A DNA stretch of 64,000 bases from an uncultured Actinomycetota bacterium (GCA_963770565.1 CAVYQE010000002.1:384001-448000); one strand, 5' to 3'; counted from the stretch's first letter, positions 11,213 to 23,645 are shown. Notes: generated by a model from the letters alone, not told the origin. Program-made: numbers and translations.

Positions 11213-12191
11213 ATGAGCATCACCCAGACAACGACCACTTCAGATCTATCCAGGATCCGTACCACTCGGGCCTCCGGCCACGACGATGACCCGCTCGCCG
11301 CGCGGCGCCCGGGCCGAGCAGATCGTGCTCCTGGCCCTGATCGCGGTGCCTTGGCTGCCGTGGTCGCCGCCGTACCCGTGGCCTGGGGATGGGGGCTCGG
11401 CTGGCACGACATCGTGATCGCGCTCGTCGATGTACGCGATCAGCGGACACGGCATCACGGTCGGGTTCCACCGCTACTTCACCCACGGCGCGTTCAAGGC
11501 CAAGAAGGCGCTCAGCGTCGCACTCGCGGTCGCCGGAAGCCTCGCGATCGAAGGACCGGTCATCCGCTGGGTCGCCGACCACCGCCGCCACCACGCCTAT
11601 CAGCGACCGCGAGGGCGATCCGCACTCCCCATGGCGCTACGGCGAGAACATCCGCGCTCTGCTCAAGGGGCTGTGGCACGCCCACATCGGCTGGATGTTC
11701 GACGTCGAGCAGACGAATCATCAGCGGTTCGCTCCCGACCTGCTCGCGGACCGGGCGATCGTCCGGGTCTCGAAGGCCTTCCCCTGGCTGAGCGCGGTCA
11801 CAGCCTCTTGCTCCCCGCGTTGGTCGGCTTTGCCTGGTCCGGATGGCGCTGGCAGGGCGCTGTGACCGCCTTCTTCTGGGCCAGCCTGGTGCGGGTCGGC
11901 GGTGCTGCACCACGTCACGTGGTCGGTCAACTCGATCTGCCACACCATCGGCACCAAGCCGTTCGCACCCGCGACCAATCGGTCAACGTCTGGTGGCTCG
12001 CGGTCCCGGCGATGGGCGAGTCATGGCACAACCTGCACCACGCCGATCCGACCGCCGCCCGCCACGGCGTGCTCCGCGGCCAGCTCGACTCCTCGGCGCG
12101 GGTGATCTGGGCGTTCGAAAGGCTGCACCTCGCGTACGACGTCCGCTGGCCGACACCGGAACGGGTGGCTGCCAAACTCGCGATCGGCTAG
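11213..12191 (+). CDS. Acyl-CoA (delta-9) desaturase (frameshifted)
   Basis: His boxes GFHRYFTH, DHRRHH, GESWHNLHH; DPHSPW; LWHAHIGW. Confidence 0.92.
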
Positions 12192-12218
12192 CAGCGCCGC
12201 CGACTACGCTTCACCGCT

Positions 12219-13167
12219 ATGCGTCGCGAGGGCCGTGGCCGGCCGCCCCTTCTGGTCACCGGACTCCCACGAAGCGGCACCAGCTGGGTCGGCAAGATGC
12301 TCGAGGCCAGCGGCGCGGTCACCTACGTCAACGAGCCCTTGAACCCCTCGCGCCCTCCCGGCCACTCACCGGGAGTGCTCGCGGTGTCGCCGGACCACCA
12401 ATTCCAGTACATCTGCGAAGACAACGACGAACGGTGGCTCCCGGCCTTTCGACGGACCACCGAGCTCCGCTACGGCGTCATCGCCGAGCTTCGAAGGAAC
12501 CGCGGGGCCTACGACCTCGCGCGAATGGTCAAGTACGCCTCGGCATTCACGGCCGGTCGACTACGTGGTCGTCGGGCGCTGCTGGACGACCCGTTCGCCA
12601 TCTTTTCGACGAGATGGCTCGTCGAGCGAGTCGGCGCCCGCGCCATCGTGCTCGTCCGTGATCCGGTCGGACTGGTGGGCAGCTGGCGGAACCTCGGTTG
12701 GTCGTTCCAGCCGGACGGGGTACTCGCTCAACCACTTCTGCTTCGCGGATCCTGATTTTGACCACCCCGAGCCGCTCAACTGACATCAGCGGCTCGGACT
12801 CGATCAGGTTGCCAACATCGTGACCCTATGGCGGGGTCGCCTACCAGGCAGTCCACAAGTTTCAATTCCTCATCCCGATATCCGCATGTCTTCTGCTACG
12901 ACGACATCGTTCGCAACCCGACGGAGTCCTTCCGCGAGATGTACCGCCTCTTCGACCTCCCGTGGACCAGCGACGCGGTCGACCGGATCGGCGCAGCGAC
13001 GTCGTCGCTCCTCCCGCAGCGACCGGGCTTTCGCGTGGTCAAGCATTCGTGGGGCGGCCTGTTCCGGATCGGCCTTCCATCCGATGAGCAGCCAGCAGGC
13101 GCTGAGCGCGCAGTCCGGCAGGCTGTCCGAGGCCGACGTTGCGCGGGTGCGCGAGATTCACCGATGA
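12219..13167 (+). CDS. Sulfotransferase (frameshifted)
   Basis: VTGLPRSGTSWVG, YVNEPLN, LVRDPVGLVGSW, YDDIVRNP. Confidence 0.82.
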
Positions 13168-13208
13168 CGTCGCTCGGCTTTAAATCTTCTCGCGAGGGAC
13201 CTGAGTCA

Positions 13209-14960
<1,752 letters not shown>

Positions 14961-14988
14961 CAGCAAGTGGTCGGTTTCGACTCGGTCA

Positions 14989-15903
14989 TCAGGCCGCGAC
15001 GATGCGCGCGCCGGCCACCGGCCCGCTGGCCCTTCGGACAGTTCGGCAGACGTCGTAGCCGGCCAACGCCGAAGCGATCCGAATCGACTCGCCTGCGCTC
15101 GCCGCGAGCAGCGCGACGGTCGGACCCGAGCCCGAGACGACGCCACCGACTGCGCCGAGCTCCTGGCCGGCGGCGAGCACCCGGGCCAGGTTGGGGCGCA
15201 GGTGCAGCGCGGGCGGCTGGAGGTCGTTGCGGAGCGCGTGGCCGAGCGCCACCACATCACCGGACCGCAACGCAGCAAGTACGCCGTCAGCCGCTGAGGC
15301 CGCGGTCGTCGAATCGGCGCCGCGCTGGCGATCGAGCTCGGCGTAGACCGAGGGCGTCGACAGGCCGCTTTCCGCGACCGCGAGCACCCAGTGCCACTCA
15401 CCCTGGCTCAGCACCGGCGACACGATCTCGCCGTGCCCGGTGCCGAGCGCCGTACCGCCGTGCAGCAGGAAGGCGACATCGCTGCCGAGGCCAGCTGCCA
15501 GCCCTTCGAGCACCGATCGATCGAGATCGCACTGCCACAGCGCGTCGGCGGCCACCAGCGCCGCGGCGGCATCCGCGCTGCCGCCGGCGAGGCCCCCGCC
15601 GACCGGGATGCCCTTCCGCAGCGTCACGTGCACGGCCGGCTCGATCCCGGCCAGCGCAGCGACCGCCCGGACGGCCTGGACCGCGAGGTTGTCGTCGCCC
15701 GCTGGAACGCCCTCGACGTGCTCGCCCACCATCGACACCGTCAGCGAGCCGTCATCACTCGGCTCGAGCACGACCTCGTCGTACAGGCTGACCGCTTGGT
15801 AGACGGTGTGCAGCTGGTGCTTGCCGTCGGGACGCAACGGACCGACACCGAGATGCAAGTTGACCTTTGCCGGGACTCGCACGGTGACACTCACCGGAGC
15901 CAC
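14989..15903 (-). CDS. ispE: 4-diphosphocytidyl-2-C-methyl-D-erythritol kinase
   Basis: PAKVNLHL, KGIPVGGGLAGGSADAAA, LGSDV, NDLQ, VSGSGPT. Confidence 0.96.
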   Translation of the reverse strand: MAPVSVTVRVPAKVNLHLGVGPLRPDGKHQLHTVYQAVSLYDEVVLEPSDDGSLTVSMVGEHVEGVPAGDDNLAVQAVRAVAALAGIEPAVHVTLRKGIPVGGGLAGGSADAAAALVAADALWQCDLDRSVLEGLAAGLGSDVAFLLHGGTALGTGHGEIVSPVLSQGEWHWVLAVAESGLSTPSVYAELDRQRGADSTTAASAADGVLAALRSGDVVALGHALRNDLQPPALHLRPNLARVLAAGQELGAVGGVVSGSGPTVALLAASAGESIRIASALAGYDVCRTVRRASGPVAGARIVAA

Positions 15904-15965
15904 CTCACGCGTCGATCGTACGGCGCTCCCGGCCCGGGTCGAGGCGACGCGGCGAGGCTGGGCGG

Positions 15966-16562
15966 TCAGTGCCCGGGAAACACCAGGCCGTCGAGGTCCG
16001 TTTCGACGGCTGCGGCCGAATCCGGCCCGTCCACCTGGTACGGCTCCTCCGGGCTGATCACGCCGTCGTCGACGAACAAGGTGCCGGTGTACCCGCTCGT
16101 TCCGTCAGCGAACGGCAGATTGAGGGTCACCGAAGGCGACAGAACGCTGGCCGGCAATGTGAAGGCCTCGGTGTCGTAGACGGTCCCGTTGGTGTTCTTC
16201 AACGCCCCCCGCAAGTGCACATAGCCTTGCCCGTCAACCGCGTAGGCCGCGCGCGGCAGGCCGTCGCCGGCGTTTTCCCAGCCATCGCCGGCGACGAAGT
16301 GGGTGATCAGGTGCCACTTCAACGGCGGCAGCTTGGTTGCCGTTGTCGCTCGCCGAACGGGACCAAGTGTCCTTTCAGCAATCTGCTTCCCCGTGACGGT
16401 GTTCGCCTTGAGCCGATCACCCGGGATCGAGTGGACCGCGATCGACTTGCCATTGATCAACCCGGCCGCCTCGTGCGCAGCGGCCGGCGCAGCCAAGCCG
16501 ACGACGAGCCCTCCGCCCGCGATCAGGAGCATCGGCAGAGCGGACAAGCGAGTGGTGGCCAC
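15966..16562 (-). CDS. Secreted hypothetical protein with a phage-fibre-like C-terminal domain
   Basis: GGAGG RBS, signal peptide (APAAA/H), GYVHLRGALK...AFTLPAS. Confidence 0.7.
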   Translation of the reverse strand: MATTRLSALPMLLIAGGGLVVGLAAPAAAHEAAGLINGKSIAVHSIPGDRLKANTVTGKQIAERTLGPVRRATTATKLPPLKWHLITHFVAGDGWENAGDGLPRAAYAVDGQGYVHLRGALKNTNGTVYDTEAFTLPASVLSPSVTLNLPFADGTSGYTGTLFVDDGVISPEEPYQVDGPDSAAAVETDLDGLVFPGH

Positions 16563-16626
16563 GGACTACCTCCAGGTCGGCTTCGACCGCCAGCATCGAC
16601 CGCGCCGGTCGCAATCTGGTCGCAGC

Positions 16627-16711
16627 CCAAGCAATGTCACATTGCCCCGCACTTCGTCGGGGCAATGTGACATCACCCCCGCAAACACCCATGTGATGTG
16701 ACATTGCTTGG
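16627..16711. repeat. Nested palindrome (REP/MITE-like)
   Basis: Perfect 16-bp IR CCAAGCAATGTCACAT (16627-16642) / ATGTGACATTGCTTGG (16696-16711), plus an alternative 16-bp IR 16634-16649 / 16658-16673. Confidence 0.8.
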
Positions 16712-17572
16712 CTAGGGGGCGGCGGCGGCGGCGATTCGGGCGAAATCGGTGATCGCGAGCTGCTCACCACGAGTTCGGGGATCGATCCCGGCCCGGCGCA
16801 GCACCGCCTCCGCCTCGGCCGGCGACCCGGCCCAGCCGGCCAACGCGGCGCGCAGCGTCTTCCGCCGTTGCGCAAACGCCGCGTCGACGACGGCGAAGAC
16901 CGCTTCCCGCGAGGCGGAGGTCGCCGGCGGCTCCCGGCGCACGAAGCTGACCAGCCCGGAGTCAACATTGGGCATCGGCCAGAAGACCGTCCTCGGCACC
17001 GCCCCGGCCCGGCGCAGCGTCGCCCACCAGGCCGCCTTCGCCGACGGCACACCGTAGGTCCGCGAGCCTGGGGGAGCAGTCAGCCGGTCGGCAACCTCGG
17101 CCTGCACCATCACCAGGCCGCGTTGCAGGCTCGAAAACACCGCCAGCAGATGAAGCAGCACCGGCACCGAGACGTTGTACGGCAGGTTCGCGACCAGCGC
17201 GGTCGGTGCCGGACCCGGCAGTCGGTCGAGGCCGAGCGCGTCCGCCGTCACCACCTCGAGCCGGTCGACCACCGACGGCAGCCTCAGGGTCACCGTCGCC
17301 CGAAGCGCCGCGGCGAGGCTCGGGTCGATCTCGACCGCAACGACCCGGGACACCACCGGCAACAGCCCCAGCGTCAGCGACCCAAGGCCGGGCCCGACCT
17401 CGATCACGACGTCATCCGGGCCAAGCGCGGCCGTCCGGACGATCCGCCGGACGGTGTTGGGGTCGATGACGAAGTTCTGGCCGAGGGACTTCGTCGGGCG
17501 CAGCCCGAGGGCCGCCACCTGCCGTCGTACGTCGGTCGGCCCGAGCAACCCGTCGTCCGCGGTCGCGCTCAC
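16712..17572 (-). CDS. rsmA: 16S rRNA dimethyladenosine transferase
   Basis: [44 protein letters not shown]. Confidence 0.96.
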   Translation of the reverse strand: MSATADDGLLGPTDVRRQVAALGLRPTKSLGQNFVIDPNTVRRIVRTAALGPDDVVIEVGPGLGSLTLGLLPVVSRVVAVEIDPSLAAALRATVTLRLPSVVDRLEVVTADALGLDRLPGPAPTALVANLPYNVSVPVLLHLLAVFSSLQRGLVMVQAEVADRLTAPPGSRTYGVPSAKAAWWATLRRAGAVPRTVFWPMPNVDSGLVSFVRREPPATSASREAVFAVVDAAFAQRRKTLRAALAGWAGSPAEAEAVLRRAGIDPRTRGEQLAITDFARIAAAAAP

Positions 17573-18390
17573 GCCCAGCCGAACACCCGGGCCGCGGTCG
17601 CCGTCACCGCCGCCGCCACGACATCCTCGGAGACCCCCTTGAGGTCGGCGATCGCCCGCACCGTCAACGGCACGAGGTACGGCGAGTTGGGCTGACCGCG
17701 ATACGGCATCGGGGTCAGGAACGGTGCGTCGGTCTCGACCAGGAAGTGGTCCATCGGCGTCACCCCGACCGCATCGCGGAGCGGCTGCGCGTTCTTGAAG
17801 GTCAGGTTGCCGGCGAAGGACAAGACGTAACCCTGGTCGACACACAGCCGCGCGAAGGCCGCATCACCGGAGAAGCAGTGGAAAATCACCCGCTCCGGTG
17901 GTCCCTCGCTGGCCAGGACCCGCAGCACGTCCTCGTGCGCGTCGCGATCATGGATCATCACCGCCTTGCCGCTCTGCTTCGCGATCGCGATGTGCCGCCG
18001 GAACGACTCCTCCTGCGCGGGCCAGCCGGTGTCGTCGGTCCGGAAGTGATCGAGGCCGGTCTCTCCCACCGCCACCACCCGCTGTTGCGCCGCCAGCACG
18101 GCGATCGCCTCCCAGTCCGCCTCCGTCGCGGCGTGCGCCTCGTTCGGATGCACCGCCACCGCGGCCCAGACGTCGTCCCGCGAGGCGGCAAGCTCAGCAC
18201 TCGCCCGGGAGGTCCCAACGTCGACGCCGACCTGCACGACCCGGTCGATCCCCACCGCGTGCGCGGCTGCCATCGTGTCCGCCACGTCGGCGTCCATCAG
18301 GTCGAGATGGCAGTGGCTGTCGAGCGCCGGGACCGCAAGCGGCGGCGGCGCGGGTGGCGGTTCGCCCTCGCGATGCGCGGCTCGGCTCAC
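17569..18390 (-). CDS. tatD: TatD family hydrolase
   Basis: [38 protein letters not shown]. Confidence 0.95.
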   Translation of the reverse strand: MSRAAHREGEPPPAPPPLAVPALDSHCHLDLMDADVADTMAAAHAVGIDRVVQVGVDVGTSRASAELAASRDDVWAAVAVHPNEAHAATEADWEAIAVLAAQQRVVAVGETGLDHFRTDDTGWPAQEESFRRHIAIAKQSGKAVMIHDRDAHEDVLRVLASEGPPERVIFHCFSGDAAFARLCVDQGYVLSFAGNLTFKNAQPLRDAVGVTPMDHFLVETDAPFLTPMPYRGQPNSPYLVPLTVRAIADLKGVSEDVVAAAVTATAARVFGWA

Positions 18391-20174
18391 GATCCGCTCA
18401 TCCGTTCCAACTCCTCGTCGACTACGGACGGATCGAGCTTCGCGAACAGCGGCGTCGGCGCGGCGATCGGTGTGCCGGGCCGGATGTCGACCGACTCCCA
18501 CCCGATATCGGTGGCATAGTCGCCGGCCAGGATCGGGTACGCCGGTCCGCCATCGAGATCGTCCACGTCCCGCAGCTCCGGTTGCGGCGCCAGGACTCCG
18601 TCGCGCCCGAGCAGCTCGTGCACCTCCTGCGAGGAGTGCGGCATGAACGGCGACAGCATCGTCGTACAGTCGCTCACCGCTTGCAGCGCGACGTGCAGGA
18701 TCGTCGCCATCCGCGCCGGGTCGGACTCCCGCAGCTTCCACGGCGCCTGCTCGGAGAGGTACTTGTTGGTCTCGGTGACGACCCGCATCGACTCGCCCAG
18801 CGCCGACCGCATCCGCGACCGCTCGATGTCGGCGCCGACGGTCGCAAACGCACCTCGGGTCGCGGCAAGCAACTCCCGGTCGACGTCGATCAGCTCACCC
18901 GCTTCGGGCACCGAGCCGAGGTTCTTGGCGGTGAACGACAGGGTGCGGTTGACCAGGTTGCCCCAGGCCGCGACCAGCTCGTCGTTGTTGCGACGGACGA
19001 ACTCCGACCAGGTGAAGTCGGTGTCGTTGGTCTCCGGCCCGGCCGCAGTCAGGTAGTAGCGCAACGTGTCGGGCGAGTAGCGAGCGAGGAAGTCGCGAAC
19101 GTAGATAACGACGTTGCGGCTCGAGGAGAACTTTCGGCCCTCCATCGTGAGGAACTCACTCGACACGACCTCGCTCGGCAGCTGCAGCTCGCCGAACTCC
19201 CCCGGACTGCCGCCCCTGGAGCCCAGCCCGTCGTAGCCGAGCAGCTCGGCCGGCCAGATCTGGGCGTGGAAGGTGACGTTGTCCTTGCCCATGAAGTAAT
19301 AGGACTCGGCGCTCGGATCGGTCCACCAGGCCCGCCAGGCGTCGGCATCGCCGCTGCGCCTGGCCCACTCGATCGACGCCGACAGGTAGCCGATGACCGC
19401 GTCGAACCACACGTACAGCCGCTTGTTGGGGTTGTCCTCCCAGCCGGGCAACGGGATCGGCACGCCCCAGTCGATGTCGCGGGTCATCGCCCGCGGCTTC
19501 AGATCGGCGATCAGGTTCATCGAGAACTTCAGGACGTTGGGCCGCCAGTCGGTCCGGGTCTGCAGCCACGAACCGAGGGCGTCGGCGAGCGCCGGCAGGT
19601 CGAGGAAGAACTGCTCGGTCTCCACGAAGACGGGGACCTCGCCGTTGATCCGCGAGTGCGGATTGATCAGCTGGTCCGCGTCGAGCTGGTTGCCGCAGTT
19701 GTCGCACTGGTCGCCGCGGGCGCTGTCGTACCCGCAGATCGGGCAGGTGCCCTCGATGTAGCGGTCGGGCAGGGTGCGTCCGGTCGATGGCGAGATCGCT
19801 CCGCGCGTGGTCTGCTCGATCATGTATCCGTTGCGATACAGGCCCTTGAACATCTCCTGGACGACCGCGTAGTGGTTGCGGGTCGTCGTACGGGTGAACA
19901 GGTCGTAGGAGAGCCCTAGCTGCTGCAGGTCCTCGGCGATCACCCGGTTGTAGCGGTCGGCCAGCACCCGCGGCTCGACCCCTTCGTGATCCGCCTGCAC
20001 CAGGATCGGCGTGCCGTGCTCGTCGGTGCCGCTCACCATCAGCACCCGGTTGCCGGCCAGCCGGTGATAGCGCGAGAAGACGTCGGACGGTACGCCGAAA
20101 CCGGCCACGTGACCGATGTGGCGCGGACCGTTGGCGTACGGCCAGGCGACCGCCGCCAGAATGTGCCGGGACAT
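18387..20174 (-). CDS. metG: Methionine--tRNA ligase
   Basis: [22 protein letters not shown]...CDNC zinc knuckle, YVWFDA, KFSSS. Confidence 0.98.
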   Translation of the reverse strand: MSRHILAAVAWPYANGPRHIGHVAGFGVPSDVFSRYHRLAGNRVLMVSGTDEHGTPILVQADHEGVEPRVLADRYNRVIAEDLQQLGLSYDLFTRTTTRNHYAVVQEMFKGLYRNGYMIEQTTRGAISPSTGRTLPDRYIEGTCPICGYDSARGDQCDNCGNQLDADQLINPHSRINGEVPVFVETEQFFLDLPALADALGSWLQTRTDWRPNVLKFSMNLIADLKPRAMTRDIDWGVPIPLPGWEDNPNKRLYVWFDAVIGYLSASIEWARRSGDADAWRAWWTDPSAESYYFMGKDNVTFHAQIWPAELLGYDGLGSRGGSPGEFGELQLPSEVVSSEFLTMEGRKFSSSRNVVIYVRDFLARYSPDTLRYYLTAAGPETNDTDFTWSEFVRRNNDELVAAWGNLVNRTLSFTAKNLGSVPEAGELIDVDRELLAATRGAFATVGADIERSRMRSALGESMRVVTETNKYLSEQAPWKLRESDPARMATILHVALQAVSDCTTMLSPFMPHSSQEVHELLGRDGVLAPQPELRDVDDLDGGPAYPILAGDYATDIGWESVDIRPGTPIAAPTPLFAKLDPSVVDEELERMSGS

Positions 20175-20183
20175 GTGGCCAGC

Positions 20184-21065
20184 CTACGGGCGAGCGCCAT
20201 TTCTTTCGGTCGGCGAGTCGTTGGACGCCCTCGCGTGGCCACCACCGAGTACGGCGTCGTAGACCCGGCGGCGGGGCAGCCCATACCGGCCAGCGACCGC
20301 ATCCACAGCGTCGCGCCGCGACGAGCCGGCGGCGACCTGCGCGGCCACCTCGTCTAGCAAGGTGCGGTCCGCGACTTCAGGCGCGGCGCCATCGGCACCC
20401 GCGACCACGATCGTGATCTCGCCGCGGATGTCGGTCGCCGCCGCCCACTCGGCCAGCTCGCCGAGCGAGCCGCGACGCACCTCCTCGTAGGTCTTGGTGA
20501 GCTCCCGGCAGACCGCCGCCCGGCGGTCCGCACCGAACACCGACACCAGGTCCGCGAGAGAGGCAGGCAGCCGGCGCGGCGACTCGAAGGCGACCAGGGC
20601 GCGCGGATCGTGGGCCAGCTCGGCCAACCGGGTCCGCCGCTCACCGGCTCGCCGAGGCAGGAATCCCTCGAAGCAGAACCGGTCCGCCGGGACGCCGGCG
20701 ATCGCGATCGCCGCGGTCACCGCGGACGGCCCGGGCAGGACGCTCAGTGGCAGGTCCCGGGCGATCGCCTCGGTGACCAGCACGTAGCCCGGGTCCGACA
20801 CGAGCGGCGTACCGGCATCGGAGACCAGCAGCACGGTCCGTCCAGCCGCCACGTCGTCGAGCAATGCGGCCGACCGACCCTGCTCGACCGCGTCGTACAC
20901 CGCGACCACCCGCCCCCGGATCGTGACCCCGAGCATCGAGGCGAGCCGCTGCACCCGCCGGGTGTCCTCGGCGGCCACCACGTCGGCCGTCTCCAGCGCC
21001 TCCCGCAGTCGCGCCGACGCGTCGCCGGCCGCACCGATCGGTGTGGCCGCTATCAGGAGGGGCAC
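20184..21065 (-). CDS. rsmI: 16S rRNA (C1402) 2'-O-methyltransferase
   Basis: ATPIG, AAEDTR, VSDAGTPLVSDPG, PGPSA, FEGFLP, RELTKTYEE. Confidence 0.96.
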   Translation of the reverse strand: MPLLIAATPIGAAGDASARLREALETADVVAAEDTRRVQRLASMLGVTIRGRVVAVYDAVEQGRSAALLDDVAAGRTVLLVSDAGTPLVSDPGYVLVTEAIARDLPLSVLPGPSAVTAAIAIAGVPADRFCFEGFLPRRAGERRTRLAELAHDPRALVAFESPRRLPASLADLVSVFGADRRAAVCRELTKTYEEVRRGSLGELAEWAAATDIRGEITIVVAGADGAAPEVADRTLLDEVAAQVAAGSSRRDAVDAVAGRYGLPRRRVYDAVLGGGHARASNDSPTERNGARP

Positions 21066-21159
21066 GCCTCATTAAACCCGCCCCAACCGTCCCGTCCGCC
21101 TAGCCGGAAAACGCCAGGTGAGGCGAGATGACCGGACGGTTGGGCTAGGGGTTCGTACG

Positions 21160-22839
21160 ATGAGCGCCATGCCGACGGCGCCGCAGGTCGAGGAGGCTGC
21201 CCCGGCACCGGCCCTGCCGACCGGCGAGGTGCTCGACCGGATCAAGGCGAAGCTGATCCGCCCGATGCCGGCCGACCGGTTGCGTGGCTGGCTGCTTCCA
21301 CTTGCGGTGACGGTCCTGGCCGGCGTCGCCCGGTTCTGGCGGATCACCCGGCCGGGCGGGCACACCCTGAGCTCCCGCAACAGCCTGGTCTTCGACGAGA
21401 CCTACTACGCGCACGACAGCTGGACCCTGCTCCACCACGGGGTCGAGCTCAACGGGCCCGGAACCGGCCCTGGATTCGTCGTCCATCCGCCGCTCGGGAA
21501 ATGGATGATGGCGGTCGGCGAGGTGCTGTTCGACCATGGCAAGGACGTGGTGTTCGGCACCGGCGCCAAAGCCACGGTCTATCCGGCCAGCATGTTCTCG
21601 TTCCGGTTCACCGGCGCGCTCGTCGGGACCCTCGCGATCCTGATGGTCGCAAGGATCGCCCGACGGATGTTCCGCTCGACCGCGCTCGGTGTGATCGCGG
21701 GCGTGCTGCTCTCGCTCGACGGTCTGGAGTTCGTCCAGAGCCGCACCGCGATGTTGGACATCTATCTGATGTTCTGGGTGCTCGCCGCGTTCGGCTGCCT
21801 GATCATCGATCGCGACGACGGACGTCGGCGGCTCGCCGAGCGACTGACCGCGCCGTTGCACCCGGACGAGTGGGGTCCATCGCTCGGCTTCCGGCCCTGG
21901 CGGCTGGCCGCCGGCATCTGTATCGGCGGTGCGTGCGCCACCAAGTGGGACGGCGCGTTCTACCTCCCCGCGCTGTTTGCGTTGGCGATCGCCTGGGACG
22001 TCGGTGCCCGGCGTACCGCCGGTGCCCGATCCGGCCTATGGGGCGGGACCGTGAACGCCGCCGGGCCGGCGCTGGTGACCTTCGTCGTCGTACCGGCCGC
22101 GGTCTACCTCGCCTCCTGGACCGGCTGGTTCATGTCTAACTCTCACTACGCCTACGACCACGACCTGTACGTGCACTCCGGGCAGTCCTGGTTCGCCCAC
22201 GACCGGGCCGTCCTGCACGGGTGGTGGGCCTACCAGGTGGCGATCTGGCACTACGCCGACTCGCTGACCTGGGACGCCAACCCGCACCCCTATCTGTCGC
22301 GGCCTTGGGGCTGGCTGGTGATGGCGCGCCCGGTCGCGTACTACTACCAAGCACCGCACACCTGCGGCGCGAGCAGTTGCTCGCAGGAGGTGCTCGGGAT
22401 CGGCAACCCGGCGCTGTGGTGGGCCACGATTCCCGCGCTCATCGCGGTCGCGTGGGCCTGGATCTCCCGGCGGGACTGGCGGGCCAGCGCGCTGTTGCTG
22501 ATGTTCCTGTTCGGCTACCTGCCGTGGTTCCGCGAAGACGCCCACCACCGGGTCATGTTCTTCTTCTACATGCTGCCCGAGGTGCCGTTCATGGCCCTCG
22601 CGGTCACGATGGTGATCGGGATGGCGTTGAGCCGCGGGGCCGCGTCAACGCTGCGTCAGACCGTGGCCTTCGGCGCGGTCGCGGTCTATCTGGCCACGAC
22701 GACCGTGCTGTTCGGCTTCTTCTATCCGGTGTTCGCCGCGCGAACAATCACCTACGACCAGTGGCACGAGCGAATGTGGTTACACCATTGCCAGTCGAAA
22801 CCGAACAAGCATCAGGAGAACGCACCCTGCTGGATCTGA
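21160..22839 (+). CDS. pmt: Polyprenol-phosphate-mannose protein O-mannosyltransferase
   Basis: VFDETYYA, VHPPLGKW, SRTAMLD, ATKW, HPY.S.PW.W, GNPALWW; divergent from rsmI. Confidence 0.93.
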   Translation: MSAMPTAPQVEEAAPAPALPTGEVLDRIKAKLIRPMPADRLRGWLLPLAVTVLAGVARFWRITRPGGHTLSSRNSLVFDETYYAHDSWTLLHHGVELNGPGTGPGFVVHPPLGKWMMAVGEVLFDHGKDVVFGTGAKATVYPASMFSFRFTGALVGTLAILMVARIARRMFRSTALGVIAGVLLSLDGLEFVQSRTAMLDIYLMFWVLAAFGCLIIDRDDGRRRLAERLTAPLHPDEWGPSLGFRPWRLAAGICIGGACATKWDGAFYLPALFALAIAWDVGARRTAGARSGLWGGTVNAAGPALVTFVVVPAAVYLASWTGWFMSNSHYAYDHDLYVHSGQSWFAHDRAVLHGWWAYQVAIWHYADSLTWDANPHPYLSRPWGWLVMARPVAYYYQAPHTCGASSCSQEVLGIGNPALWWATIPALIAVAWAWISRRDWRASALLLMFLFGYLPWFREDAHHRVMFFFYMLPEVPFMALAVTMVIGMALSRGAASTLRQTVAFGAVAVYLATTTVLFGFFYPVFAARTITYDQWHERMWLHHCQSKPNKHQENAPCWI

Positions 22840-23645
22840 ACCGGCTCGGGCGCGCGTAACCGGGCGCGGAGCCGCTCGACCGCGGTCGCGCCGAGCCAGG
22901 CCGGCACCAACAGCCCGACCGCGGCAATCCCGTCGAGCCAGTAGTGGTTCGCGGTCGCGACCACCACGAACACGGTGATCGCTCCGTGCAGCACGGCCAG
23001 CCAGCGCCATCGGCTCGGGCTGACCTGCACCACGGCGATTGAGATCAGCACCGCCCACCCGACGTGAATCGACGGCATTGCAGCGTATTGATCCGCGATG
23101 TTGCTTCCAATCACCGCATAGACCGACTGCCCGTAGACCGCGGCCGTGTCGATCATGCCGGTGCCGCCGATCAGCCGCGGCGGTGCCACCGCGACCATCT
23201 GCACGAGCAGCGACATCCCGGTGAACCCAGCAATGACGTTGCGGTAGAAGGGATATCTGTCGCGGTGGCGCAACCACAGCCAGATCAGGAACACGACCAT
23301 CAAGGTCAGATGCATCGTGTCGTAGTAGTAGTTCGAGACCCGGACGATGTTCGGGTGACCGATGATCAAGTCCTGAACGCTGCGTTCGTTCGGCAGGTGA
23401 ATGAGCCGCTCGAATTGCCACAGCGAACGCCCGCGGTCGAGGCCGCCGGTGGTGTGCCCGCGGGTCAGCCGGTTCGCCACCTGCCAGAGCGCGAACAGCG
23501 CGCACACGAACGCGGTCTCGAAGCTGGCCGAGGCGACGAATCGGGCCCAGCGGCGCTCGGGAAGCTGACGTGCGGCGGCCGACGCCGCGATCATGATCAG
23601 TGCAACGACGACCGCGCTGTGCACATCAAGGCGGAGCCACGACAC
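22812..23645 (-). CDS. PAP2 / AUR1-like membrane phosphatase or phosphotransferase
   Basis: APPRL, YAAMPSIHVGWA, TANHYWLD. Confidence 0.88.
   Translation of the reverse strand: MSWLRLDVHSAVVVALIMIAASAAARQLPERRWARFVASASFETAFVCALFALWQVANRLTRGHTTGGLDRGRSLWQFERLIHLPNERSVQDLIIGHPNIVRVSNYYYDTMHLTLMVVFLIWLWLRHRDRYPFYRNVIAGFTGMSLLVQMVAVAPPRLIGGTGMIDTAAVYGQSVYAVIGSNIADQYAAMPSIHVGWAVLISIAVVQVSPSRWRWLAVLHGAITVFVVVATANHYWLDGIAAVGLLVPAWLGATAVERLRARLRAPEPVQIQQGAFS

Noticed and set aside
4616-12191. Programmed frameshifting or true pseudogenes in pth, rplY, prs, glmU and the desaturase
   Set aside because: There are many irregular indels per gene, confined to one contiguous zone and hitting essential genes; sequencing error is far more likely.
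17898-19919. Long antisense ORFs (673 aa here; also 25205-26851, 39501-41141, 61396-62976)
   Set aside because: Shadow frames of real genes, typical of high-GC DNA; no recognisable motifs.
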